Source of the DNA: Verrucomicrobiota bacterium
GTDB taxonomy: Bacteria > Verrucomicrobiota > Verrucomicrobiia > Verrucomicrobiales > DEV007
Direction: 5' to 3'
Assembly: GCA_045046875.1 (NCBI GenBank)
Contig: JASFYY010000086.1
Location: 1-42,581, forward strand
Length of the DNA: 42,581 bases
A program made the position numbers and the translations under genes. Of this stretch, positions 1 through 8,882 are shown in pieces. Numbering within the stretch: the stretch's first letter is position 1; every line of letters begins with the position of its first letter. The notes beneath the pieces were generated by a model. The model worked only from the letters and a program-made list of their open reading frames with translations, was not told where the DNA came from and searched no databases.

Positions 1-156
1 GAGTGGGGAAGTTAGCGAACCCTGTTGTAGGATTTTTGGTTTTTGTAATAATCCAGGAAGGCGGCCATATAAAGTTATAATTGACTGGTAGCTGAAAACG
101 GGTAGAAGGTCAGCTGCGCCGTTTTGTTGAGTTCCTGTTTAGGAGAATGTGAACGT

Positions 157-480
157 TTAATTTAAAAAGGTGCTGTATAAAGAATAGACGCCCAGTCCAA
201 AGTAAATTGGCGGATGAAAAATGAAAGGGATAAAACTTAAGTGGTGCTCCATTAGCCATGAGTCACCGATTTTTTCCTGTTCGCTCATTCTGGAGAAAAT
301 TCGTTTGCATAAAGAGAAGGACAGAAGAGCGGCGATGAAACAGGCAGTAGGCGGCGACCACCAAGGAACAGGAGGGCCTCCCATTGCTTTACTAATCAAT
401 TCGATTACCACCATTACAGCTATCAATGCTGCTAAGGTGATTTTACCGCCAGTGAGGAACCCTTTTAGAAATCCGAGCAT
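157..480 (-). CDS. Small hypothetical membrane protein (2-3 hydrophobic segments)
   Basis: The ORF track gives 157..582. ATG at 480 (MLGFLKG...) is preceded by AGGAAAAAA and avoids overlap with the upstream ORF. Hydrophobic stretches are present, and the region is AT-richer than its neighbours. Confidence 0.5.
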   Translation of the reverse strand: MLGFLKGFLTGGKITLAALIAVMVVIELISKAMGGPPVPWWSPPTACFIAALLSFSLCKRIFSRMSEQEKIGDSWLMEHHLSFIPFIFHPPIYFGLGVYSLYSTFLN

Positions 481-514
481 TTTTTTCCTGCGCCTTGTTC
501 GTAACAATCGATTG

Positions 515-940
515 CTAATGGGGGATAATGTCAAGTCGTCGATAGATGTTGTCGTAATCACCTTGGCTAGAGTAAATCCCATTTTCTCTCAGATTTCCAA
601 AATAATGGTATTCCTCCTGAAGATAGGGTTGCACCACAATGGCGTCAGGCGGTTCAATTTTCCATCTCTGGATCGGGGTAAACCGGATTTCCCGCATTGT
701 GTGGTCGGGCTTAAATAAAACCAGGCCTGGGTATTCTTCACTGCCCTCTAGAAGATAATATCCGAGCGGTGACTCCCCAGTCGCTTCACCTTCCGGGGTC
801 TTCAAAATCTCGGTAAGAGCGTGGGCTAGAACGTCCTCGTTCAAGTTTCTCGAACGCCTACTAAAAAAATCATATGCAAGACAAGCGTTGCTGAAAAGTG
901 AGAACACAAGGACCGTCTGAAAAACTCGATGTCGCCTCAT
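515..940 (-). CDS. Hypothetical protein with probable signal peptide
   Basis: 141-aa ORF with basic N-terminus, hydrophobic core and ACLA-like cleavage site. Co-oriented with 157..480. Confidence 0.5.
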   Translation of the reverse strand: MRRHRVFQTVLVFSLFSNACLAYDFFSRRSRNLNEDVLAHALTEILKTPEGEATGESPLGYYLLEGSEEYPGLVLFKPDHTMREIRFTPIQRWKIEPPDAIVVQPYLQEEYHYFGNLRENGIYSSQGDYDNIYRRLDIIPH

Positions 941-1307
941 AACTACTGGATAGATAAACTAACGGATTTTTCAACGCTTCGAGACAGGTGATTCCTGGAA
1001 CGAAGCCCTGCCACTTTTGAATTAAATTGTGACGTAATCGAAGCCAGAATGCAAGAGAACTAATGATGGGGAAGGAATTACCTGTTCTCGTTTGTTAAGT
1101 GTTTTTTTAGTTTTGATTGTCATCGAGTGCTGAGTCAGGGAGCTTCTTTTTTTTTTGTTTTAGAATATAGGTGATTAGAAAACCATATAGGGCAACGATG
1201 CAAATCACAGTTAACGGTGCGTTGAATGGAGTGTTGATAGAACCGAAAGGGTCAAAGCATATGGATGATCCTATTTTTTTTTTACGCTTAGTGCTTTGCC
1301 GTGGCCT

Positions 1308-3218
1308 TTAGCTATAAATCGCGATGCGGCAGATGCGGGCGTGGTCGAGGCCGTTGGTGGCGGTGAGGGTGATGCGTAATGCGGAGCAGTGGCAGGGGGT
1401 TGTTAGCAGGTGCTTTTGCAGGCGTTGGTAGTTGTCGCGGACGTTGAACAACTGGGTCCACTGTTGACCGTCGAAGGCTTCGATCAGGTAGTCCTTGATG
1501 GTCTCGGTCTGGGCTTTGCCCCAGAGCATGGATTCGCTGTAGGCGTCGAGTTGGCTGAGGGTGAGGTGGCGGTGCAGACCAGTGTCGAAGACCAGGTGGA
1601 TTTGGCCTATCTCGATGGTCTGCGGCCAGGTGATTTCGAGGGTGGCGGGCAGCGCTTGCCTGGGATCGGACATCCAGCGGTGACTGCCGGCTTGACAGCG
1701 GTCGGGCGGGGCGCCGCGCTCTCCATGCACACTGCGGGTGGGGGGGCTGCACAGGTTTTGTGCTTCACCGCCGATTTGCTCACTGGAGGCGTGGATGCGG
1801 GCTTGATGGATCAGGTTGTCAGCGAGCTGGTCAGAGTTGGGATCGGGCGGGCTGATGAGAAAGGCGTCATCTTCAATCAGCTGCTGTTGGATGGTGTGGA
1901 TCAGCTCTGGCTGGGAGGAGATCCTGGCGGGTTTGGTTTGAGCTGTGATGGCGGCGGCGGCGGCGGTGCCGATGCCTTGCCCCATCACGGCACAGGTGGC
2001 CATCACACGGGTGGAGGAAAAAGCGACGTGGGTGGCGGAGTGATTGCGGCCGGCAAACATCAGGTTGTCGATGTCGCGTGAGACGCAACTGCGCAGCGGG
2101 ATGTCGTAGAGGTGGGGCAGGGGGTGTTGTTCGCAGGGTTGTAGGCCGGGGGCGTCGATGCCCTGGGGAGGATGCAGGTCGAGCGACCAGCCGCCGTAGG
2201 CGATGGCGTCATCGAAGTGACGCGATTCCATCAGGTCTTGCTGGGTGAGGATGTGTTGGCCGATGAAACGGCGGCTTTCGCGTTTGCCGGGGAGGAAACC
2301 GAACCAGTCGAGCGCCCAGTGGGAGGCGTCGTTGGCATTGGCGGCATTGGGGTCAGCAGGGGTGCCGGGTGGGCCGTTTTTGACATGATCCCAGATGCCG
2401 AGCACGATGGCGAGCAGTTGGTCGCGGATCTGTTCGTTGTCTTTGATGGTATCCAGCTCGCCGCCCCATTCTGCCCACCAGTAACCGTATTCGTGGGATG
2501 GGGTTTCGTCGCCGGGGGTGGCGTAAAGACGGAGGCGCAGTTCTTCGGCGGTGAAGGCACGGGCAAAAGATGGAGCGACAAAGGGCATCGGGCGATCATG
2601 TTTTTTTGCCTGCATCAGGATGGTCGATCCGAGGCGCAGCTGGTCGGCTTTTTCCGGGGCGAGCGATTCGTCAAACTGGGCGCGGCTCTCGCGTCCCTCC
2701 ATGAAGGGCGCGCTGGCTTCTGCGCCGAGGCGCCCGTCACCGGTGCAGTCGATGAAGATGTCGGCGGCAATGCGGAATTGATCTTCGCTGCTTGGGCGGT
2801 CGGCGATGGCGTGGGTGATGGTCTGGTCCTGCATCTCTACGCCGGTGACGGTGGTGTTCAGCATCAGGGTCAGGTTTTTTTCGGCCTGGCATTTTTCGTA
2901 GAGGATGAGGTCGAACATCGAGGGGGATCGCTGCGGGTTGCGCAGGCAGTTTTCGAGCCGGATCTCTTCGATGATGCCGGATTCCCGAGCTTCGGTTGCC
3001 AATTCGCTGCCGCGATCGGTGCCGCCGGTGCCGTTGGCGCCGACAATGTGCATGCGCACTTCGCTCGAGGCGTTGCCGCCGAGCACGGGACGATCGTGGC
3101 AGAGGATGACCTTGGCGCCCCGGCGTGCGGCGGCGATGGCGCAGGGGACTCCGGCGGGGCCGCCTCCGGCGACGAGGATGTCGGTTTGGAGTGAGTGTTG
3201 GGTGCAGAGGGAAGACAT
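1308..3218 (-). CDS. FAD-dependent oxidoreductase (FAD_oxidored-type) with C-terminal discoidin/F5-8-like beta-sandwich
   Basis: Motifs DILVAGGGPAG, LGGNASSE, IDCTGDG, GKRESRRF, SSTRVMAT. Start moved to ATG 3218 (MSSLCTQH), 10 bp after the upstream stop. The longer ORF-track start overlaps the upstream gene. Confidence 0.85.
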   Translation of the reverse strand: MSSLCTQHSLQTDILVAGGGPAGVPCAIAAARRGAKVILCHDRPVLGGNASSEVRMHIVGANGTGGTDRGSELATEARESGIIEEIRLENCLRNPQRSPSMFDLILYEKCQAEKNLTLMLNTTVTGVEMQDQTITHAIADRPSSEDQFRIAADIFIDCTGDGRLGAEASAPFMEGRESRAQFDESLAPEKADQLRLGSTILMQAKKHDRPMPFVAPSFARAFTAEELRLRLYATPGDETPSHEYGYWWAEWGGELDTIKDNEQIRDQLLAIVLGIWDHVKNGPPGTPADPNAANANDASHWALDWFGFLPGKRESRRFIGQHILTQQDLMESRHFDDAIAYGGWSLDLHPPQGIDAPGLQPCEQHPLPHLYDIPLRSCVSRDIDNLMFAGRNHSATHVAFSSTRVMATCAVMGQGIGTAAAAAITAQTKPARISSQPELIHTIQQQLIEDDAFLISPPDPNSDQLADNLIHQARIHASSEQIGGEAQNLCSPPTRSVHGERGAPPDRCQAGSHRWMSDPRQALPATLEITWPQTIEIGQIHLVFDTGLHRHLTLSQLDAYSESMLWGKAQTETIKDYLIEAFDGQQWTQLFNVRDNYQRLQKHLLTTPCHCSALRITLTATNGLDHARICRIAIYS

Positions 3219-3228
3219 CGAGCGGGTT

Positions 3229-4305
3229 TTATTTTTTGCTCTTCCAGCCGGCGCCGCGGGTTTTGGTCTGGATGCGGCAGAGGTACATGTCGGAGGTGAG
3301 GTAGAGGGTGGAGCCGTCGTTGCCCCAGGCGCAGTTGGAGGTGCGTTCACCGGTGGAGATGCGGCCGAGCAGTTTGCCCTCGGGATTGAATATATAAACG
3401 CCTCCCGGGCCGGTGGCCCAGAGGTTGCCTTTTTCATCCACTTTGAGGCCATCGGGCAGGCCGGGTAGTTTTTCGACCACGGCCTGGGTGGCGTCGTAAA
3501 AGACTTTGCTTTTGCCGAGGGTGCCGTCGGCTTTGACGGGGAAGGATTTCCAAATGGCGGCCTGCGGATCGGACTGGGCGACGTAGAGGGTTTTGTGGTC
3601 GGGCGAAAAAGCGAGACCGTTGGGGCGGGTGAGTTCTTTGCTTAGCAGGGTGAGCTGGCCGTCCTTGGAGAGCCGGTAAACTCCGCAGAAATCGAGTTCG
3701 CGGCGCGGATCGTCGTAGCGTTGGGGCAGTCCGTAGGGAGGATCGGTGAAATACAAATCCCCATTGGGGTGATAGCTGAGATCGTTGGGACTGTTGAGGC
3801 GCTTGCCTTGATAGTTGTCCACCAGGGTGCGTTTGCCGCCTTTTTTGGTCAGCACTGAGAGGCGGCGGTCGCCGTGTTCGCAGGAGACCAGTCGGCCCTG
3901 GCTATCGAGCGCCAAGCCGTTGGAGCCGGGTTCCCCGCCGTATTTGCCGCGTCCGGTGTAACCGGAAGGTTTGAGGAAGGTTTTGGTTCCGATGCCTTCG
4001 TCCCAGCGCACCACCTGGTTGCGCGGGATGTCGCTGAACAGCAGGTAACCGCCATGCGGGTGTTTTTTTTCTGCGACCCAGACGGGGCCCTCGGTCCAGT
4101 CGAATCCGGAGGCGAGCACTTCGATTTCTGTTCCGGGTTCGATCAGGGCATCGAGCGCGGGGTCGAGTTTGATCACTTCACCGAGGCTCGGCAGGTTGGT
4201 GGTATCCTGGGCGGTGAGGGCGAGGCTGGTCACTTGGGCGATGAGCAGGGTGAGCAAGAGTTTTGCTGAGAGTCTTGATAAGAGTTGGGGGGAGTATTTC
4301 ATCAT
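3229..4305 (-). CDS. SMP-30/gluconolactonase family protein, secreted
   Basis: Motifs WTEGPVW, FSDIP, SNGL, LNSPND, YFTDPPYG, PNGLAFSPD, PDGLKVD. Signal peptide present. Confidence 0.92.
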   Translation of the reverse strand: MMKYSPQLLSRLSAKLLLTLLIAQVTSLALTAQDTTNLPSLGEVIKLDPALDALIEPGTEIEVLASGFDWTEGPVWVAEKKHPHGGYLLFSDIPRNQVVRWDEGIGTKTFLKPSGYTGRGKYGGEPGSNGLALDSQGRLVSCEHGDRRLSVLTKKGGKRTLVDNYQGKRLNSPNDLSYHPNGDLYFTDPPYGLPQRYDDPRRELDFCGVYRLSKDGQLTLLSKELTRPNGLAFSPDHKTLYVAQSDPQAAIWKSFPVKADGTLGKSKVFYDATQAVVEKLPGLPDGLKVDEKGNLWATGPGGVYIFNPEGKLLGRISTGERTSNCAWGNDGSTLYLTSDMYLCRIQTKTRGAGWKSKK

Positions 4306-4396
4306 GGGGAGAGTTTATCGCCTGTTCGCTGGAAGTCTCTTAAAAAAATAGCAAAACAGGATCCCCGGTCATGTTATTTGAGTTTTGTTGATTCCT

Positions 4397-4423
4397 CGCA
4401 TTTTGGGGTATCTATTAATTGCC
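4397..4423 (+). repeat. 27-bp intergenic repeat, copy 1 (CGCATTTTGGGGTATCTATTAATTGCC)
   Basis: Identical 27-mer at 8633-8659. Confidence 0.9.
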
Positions 4424-4526
4424 ACGGCCCTTATGTTCTGGGAGCCAGCGATACTTAGCTTGTGCTAGGTTGGTAGAAAATGCTCGAACACGAGGCGCAG
4501 GAGATATTACAGAAGTTGTGAGCAGG

Positions 4527-5576
4527 ATGAGAAATTTATTCGAAGGTGCCGGGAGGTATTTGATTAGAGGCTTGATGCTATTTTTATTATTCGCTCAGGT
4601 GTGCTGTGCGGACAATGGGAATAACACCCCGCCTCCGAATGCTGTAGTAGAATCGGTGCTGAAGGTTGATGGAAAAAAATATGAACTCATTAACGGCAAT
4701 CTATATGAGATTTTTTCATCAGATAAGAAGAAATTTATTTTGAAGATGTATGAGCCCCGACATATTGAGAAAACGTATAAAAAGGAAAAGGACGGAATTC
4801 ACAGAATGATCTCGCCGTCAGAGAAATACCTCGTTCCCGATAGTCATACAGAAAGTTTTGAAGGTGACGGGGATCTTGTTTCGCTTTTTGAGCAGCGGGA
4901 CTACTGGACCTCAATGACTTTACTCAGCCCGGCAACGCCCACAGTAAAGAGTTATGTGGAATTGAGAAAAAAAATTATGAACCGGGAAGCTGATTTCATA
5001 GATAATAGTTTGACCCTCACAAAGGAGCGTGCGCATCAAGGTGTACGATCGTTGAAATGCCTTTCGGTTGATCCGACAGGTCGGGGAAAAACATCATGGA
5101 TAACAAAGGCATCCCTTGATACAGGGTTGGTATATTATGAGAGAGGGGACACGGTGATTTTTTCCAGCTATTTTTATCTGGAGCAAGGGGTGCCAACGGG
5201 CATTGTGGATATTGAGGCATCGTATGTTAATGAGGGACCAGGGGTGAGAATACTTTTCTCTGAAGATCTTCGGCCCAGGGTTGAATTGAAGTGGGCGGAT
5301 AAACCTACCTGGCGTATTCCAAAGTCGGTAGATTACAAGTTTCCTCTCAAGAAGTGGGTTTTTGTTGAGTTGAAAGTGTTTTTATCAGAGGATCAACAGG
5401 GAACCGTCGAAATGAAAATAGATGGCAAGACCCTCATCAAAGGAAAGGGGCAGACTCTTCCGTTTGCAAAAGCCGTTTATGATAGAATGGAAGTAGGGAT
5501 CACAGCAAACGGCAGTGGCAGTGATTGCATTCTTTTTGTGGATGAGGTTCAAACTAAAAGATTATCGGAAAAGTAG
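4527..5576 (+). CDS. Secreted hypothetical protein, C-terminal part resembling a polysaccharide-lyase-like/ConA beta-sandwich
   Basis: Long AT-rich ORF. ATG 4527 (or 4575) is followed by a signal-like segment. The C-terminal FPLKKWVFVE...GTVEMKIDG...EVGITAN...FVDEV pattern is typical of jelly-roll folds. Confidence 0.6.
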   Translation: MRNLFEGAGRYLIRGLMLFLLFAQVCCADNGNNTPPPNAVVESVLKVDGKKYELINGNLYEIFSSDKKKFILKMYEPRHIEKTYKKEKDGIHRMISPSEKYLVPDSHTESFEGDGDLVSLFEQRDYWTSMTLLSPATPTVKSYVELRKKIMNREADFIDNSLTLTKERAHQGVRSLKCLSVDPTGRGKTSWITKASLDTGLVYYERGDTVIFSSYFYLEQGVPTGIVDIEASYVNEGPGVRILFSEDLRPRVELKWADKPTWRIPKSVDYKFPLKKWVFVELKVFLSEDQQGTVEMKIDGKTLIKGKGQTLPFAKAVYDRMEVGITANGSGSDCILFVDEVQTKRLSEK

Positions 5577-5695
5577 TGCTAATGCGGGAAGAGGTCGAAT
5601 CAGGTTGTTTTTCAGGATAAGGGGAAAAAGCAGCAATTGTGATGGGGGTAAGTCGTAATCCTGGCAGATAAAGTCCAATTAAAAGGTTAGAAAAC

Positions 5696-8569
5696 ATGGG
5701 AGAAACGGAAAACAAGCAGTCAGAGCAGATCGAGGGAGCGGGGAAGTCTGAGGGGAAAAACAAGTGGCGCGGGCGATTGAGGAAATTGCTGGTATTGGTA
5801 TTGGCTCTGGGGCTGATTGCTGCGGGTGTGGGTTATTTTGGGGGAAATTGGTTGATTGTCAAAACTGAGAAGTTAGTGGTGGCGACCTTGGCGCAAAAAG
5901 GGGTGTATCTGGGTTATGATGAAAGTTCCCGGGAGCCATTACGAGGAATGGTGTTTGAAAACCTGGCGGTTTACAGCAGTGAGAAGAGGGATGTGCCGCT
6001 GTTGGTGATCAGTGATATTGCTATTTTTCCGAGTCTCAGACATTGGCTGATGGAAGGGGGAATCTCGGTGCGGGTCACTTTGCATGATTCCGAGATCAGG
6101 ATGTTGGTCGAGGGCAAGGAGGTGGAAAAGGTCGAGAACGTGACTGCGCGGATCAAGGCGAGCATGGGAGGGCTGCAGATGGAAAGGATGTCTGCGCTGA
6201 TGAATGGTGTGGATTATCATCTGACGGGAGGGGTGAATTTCGGGAGTAGGAAGGGCAAGGGAGGAGAAGCGGTGGAGGACAAGGCTGTGGACAAGGCTGT
6301 GGACAAGGTGAAAAAGGGACCGCTGATCGATTTTGCTTTTTGGGAAAAATTTGCCCATTGGATAGAGGTCGATTCAAAAGGTGGGGAGGTGAAGATACGG
6401 GGTGAGTTTGACATCGATACCGGGGATTTGGCGGCGATGACGGTGAAGGCGGATTTTTCGGGTGATTCGTTTGGCTGGCATGGCTTGGATTTTGACCATT
6501 TGCGGGCGCAGGTTGACTACATCGCGAAGGACAAGCTGATCGATGTGACGGCACTGGATGTGTTGAGCAAAGAGGGCAAGATGAATGGCGACTTCAGTTA
6601 TCACTTGGCGAATAAGGTTCTGGAAGTCGGCAAACTGGATGGACAGACGGATGTTTTGACTTTGATCAATAATTATCTAGGGAAGCCGCTGGTGAATGAT
6701 GAGGTGTTTGTGATGGTGAAACCTCCTCATTTGGGGTTAAGCGGGATTTTGGATTTCAGTGATTTGATAAAAAGCGATATGAAGGTCGAGTTTTTGCCGG
6801 CCGACGAGGTGGTGGTGAAGGTGGCAGGGGAATTGATTTCGATGAAAAAATTGTCTGGAGCGGTGGTTTTTTCAGATGGGAGAGTGAGTGTGGTGCAACC
6901 GGAAGTGTTTGCCAAAATGAACGAAGGGGAATTTCATTTGAGTGGTTATCTTCAGTTGTTGTCGGAGGAATCTGGTCAGGAAAATGAGATAAGTGCTGAG
7001 CTCTCGCTGGCGGGCAAATCGATAGTTTGGAAGGGGCTGGTATTGGATCATGCAAAATCTAAAGTGATTTTTTCCGGGCGGGATCAATCGGTGATTTTTA
7101 AGGGCTTGGATGTGGCTCACCAAGGCAAACCGTTCGGCGGGGATCTCCATTATAGGATCGCGGATAAAACTTTGGAAATGGTCAAGATGGAGAGCCAGAT
7201 TGATTTTTTGCAACTGACCAATGATTTGTTGGCTGGAGGCAGCAGTGGAAAACGCCCGGAGGGGGCGTTGATACAAGCTCCGCATTTACAGGTGAATGGC
7301 CTGGTGGATTTTGGGGATTTGAACAAGAGTGATGTGAAAGTAAAATTTCTCAATCAGCGGGATGTGGTGGTGGAGGTCGGGGGACGGAGGATCGAAATGA
7401 AAGCGCTGAAGGGGGAGCTTGCCTTTAAGGGCGGAGCGGTGAGCACGGTGGAACCGGGTCTGGTTGCACGAATGGCGGACGGGGGCATTTCGCTTAGCGG
7501 CAGGCTGGAGGTGATGGGTGGGAACAAAGCTTATCAGGCGGCGTTGAAATTGGAGGATGTTTCCCTGGATGAACTGAAGGCGTTGGCTAGTGCACAAGGT
7601 AAAGAGAAAGACGACGTTAAGGTGGTGAATAACGAGGCGGTGAAGCAGGTCGAAGAAGGTGAAAAAGAAGAAGCTCAAGACGAAGGGGAGGACGCGACAA
7701 AAAAGCAGGTCGCGCAAGAGGAGGTGAAAAAAGAGGTTGGGGAAGGGTCGAAGGATGAAGACAAGACCGACGAGGGGAAAAAGGTGGTGGAAAAAAGTGA
7801 TGGCAACAAAGAGCCTTTGCAGGGACGCTTGTTTTTTGAATTTGATGGCAGCGGGGATGCCGGGACACCGCTCAGGCAAGGTAAGGGTCTGTTGAGGATT
7901 GATGAAGCCCAGTTTTATGCCATGCCGATGTTTGGAACTTTTTTTGATACGTTTAACAAAGTGATTCCGGCTTTTGGTCGACGCGAGGATGGCGAGACGC
8001 ATGGTACCCAGAAGCTGACGGGAACGTATCTAATAGAAGATGCGAAGATCAGGTCGGAAGACTTGCGTATCCGGGGGAATTTGAGCCAGGTCGAAGTGAA
8101 GGTGTCTTATGATGTGGCGAAGGATCATGCGGATATTGATGGTAAGATCGAGCTCACTGGAGCGGTGGGTGTGGTGACCACTTTAGCGAGCAATCTTTTG
8201 GAGATCGAGGGCAAGGGGCCGATGAGAAATCTGAAGTGGGGGCTGAAAAACTTAAGTGCAAGCGGCTTGGTTAAAGGCGGGGTGAAGGGGGTGGGGAAAA
8301 CCGGTGAGGGAGTGATCAAGGCTGGAGGTGCTACGGTGAAGGGGGCCGCTGCGATGACGAGCAAGGGCGCAGAAAAGATGATTGAAGGAGCCGGTAAAGT
8401 AGGGGAAGGGTTGATGAAGGCGCTGCCTTTTGGTATAGGTAAGAAGGGCAAGAAGGAGAAAAAAACCGCCGGGGCCGAGGCTGAGGGGGAAGATTTTAAG
8501 GCTGGCAAGGAGGGGGAAGCGGATAAAAAAAGCGAGCCGGAAAAAGTGATTCCCGTTCCAAAAAAATAG
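5696..8569 (+). CDS. AsmA-like (repeating beta-groove) protein with N-terminal membrane anchor
   Basis: 957 aa with a single N-terminal TM, a beta-rich body containing an internal ~185-aa duplication, an AsmA-like C-terminal region, and charged low-complexity linkers. Confidence 0.7.
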   Translation: MGETENKQSEQIEGAGKSEGKNKWRGRLRKLLVLVLALGLIAAGVGYFGGNWLIVKTEKLVVATLAQKGVYLGYDESSREPLRGMVFENLAVYSSEKRDVPLLVISDIAIFPSLRHWLMEGGISVRVTLHDSEIRMLVEGKEVEKVENVTARIKASMGGLQMERMSALMNGVDYHLTGGVNFGSRKGKGGEAVEDKAVDKAVDKVKKGPLIDFAFWEKFAHWIEVDSKGGEVKIRGEFDIDTGDLAAMTVKADFSGDSFGWHGLDFDHLRAQVDYIAKDKLIDVTALDVLSKEGKMNGDFSYHLANKVLEVGKLDGQTDVLTLINNYLGKPLVNDEVFVMVKPPHLGLSGILDFSDLIKSDMKVEFLPADEVVVKVAGELISMKKLSGAVVFSDGRVSVVQPEVFAKMNEGEFHLSGYLQLLSEESGQENEISAELSLAGKSIVWKGLVLDHAKSKVIFSGRDQSVIFKGLDVAHQGKPFGGDLHYRIADKTLEMVKMESQIDFLQLTNDLLAGGSSGKRPEGALIQAPHLQVNGLVDFGDLNKSDVKVKFLNQRDVVVEVGGRRIEMKALKGELAFKGGAVSTVEPGLVARMADGGISLSGRLEVMGGNKAYQAALKLEDVSLDELKALASAQGKEKDDVKVVNNEAVKQVEEGEKEEAQDEGEDATKKQVAQEEVKKEVGEGSKDEDKTDEGKKVVEKSDGNKEPLQGRLFFEFDGSGDAGTPLRQGKGLLRIDEAQFYAMPMFGTFFDTFNKVIPAFGRREDGETHGTQKLTGTYLIEDAKIRSEDLRIRGNLSQVEVKVSYDVAKDHADIDGKIELTGAVGVVTTLASNLLEIEGKGPMRNLKWGLKNLSASGLVKGGVKGVGKTGEGVIKAGGATVKGAAAMTSKGAEKMIEGAGKVGEGLMKALPFGIGKKGKKEKKTAGAEAEGEDFKAGKEGEADKKSEPEKVIPVPKK
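6277..6308 (+). repeat. In-frame 12-bp tandem repeat (GGACAAGGCTGT x2.7) encoding DKAV repeats
   Basis: Directly visible in the sequence. Confidence 0.85.
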
Positions 8570-8632
8570 AGCCTTTAATTGATGGAGAATTTAAAAAGTA
8601 AGAGCCAGTGAACGCGAAAATTAAAAATCCTG

Positions 8633-8659
8633 CGCATTTTGGGGTATCTATTAATTGCC
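8633..8659 (+). repeat. 27-bp intergenic repeat, copy 2
   Basis: Identical to 4397-4423. Here GGGGTA (8641-8646) can pair with TACCCC (8661-8666). Confidence 0.9.
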
Positions 8660-8882
8660 GTACCCCTAAGTCGTCGGACTAGGTTTAATCTGGAAAATAT
8701 TCGCTTGTGGATAAGTCTTTTATTTTACCATATTGACTTATAGTCTGTAAGCTTGATGTATCTGGCAAGTGCTGTTCCATTGTAAGGTGTTTGAGTTTTT
8801 TCTGGTTACATCGCGCTTTCACATTTTGCCAGGATTGGTAAAACTCATGAAAACTTGTTTGGGAATTCAAATTACAACATAA

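Noticed and set aside
1198..1311. Short ORF starting MQITVNG, like the ThiS N-terminus
   Set aside because: Only 37 aa, similarity ends after 7 residues, and there is no C-terminal GG; likely chance.
3219..3452. 78-aa N-terminal extension of the FAD oxidoreductase in the ORF track
   Set aside because: It overlaps the gluconolactonase gene in another frame and has shadow-ORF Pro/Ala composition.
1410..3468. Long + strand ORFs (1410..2081, 2172..3194, 2905..3468) and similar antisense ORFs such as 9609..10754, 16904..17971 and 29857..30642
   Set aside because: They are antisense shadows of well-supported genes and have no recognisable motifs.
8629..8656. Calling the repeat the chromosomal dif site
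   Set aside because: It occurs twice, the normally invariant inner TAA/TTA bases are missing, and the G-rich skew of the + strand does not visibly switch here. Kept only as a hypothesis in findings.
8685..8870. 61-aa minus-strand ORF in AT-rich DNA after the 27-bp repeat
   Set aside because: Weak start codon and no recognisable family. It may be a gene remnant but cannot be supported as a CDS.
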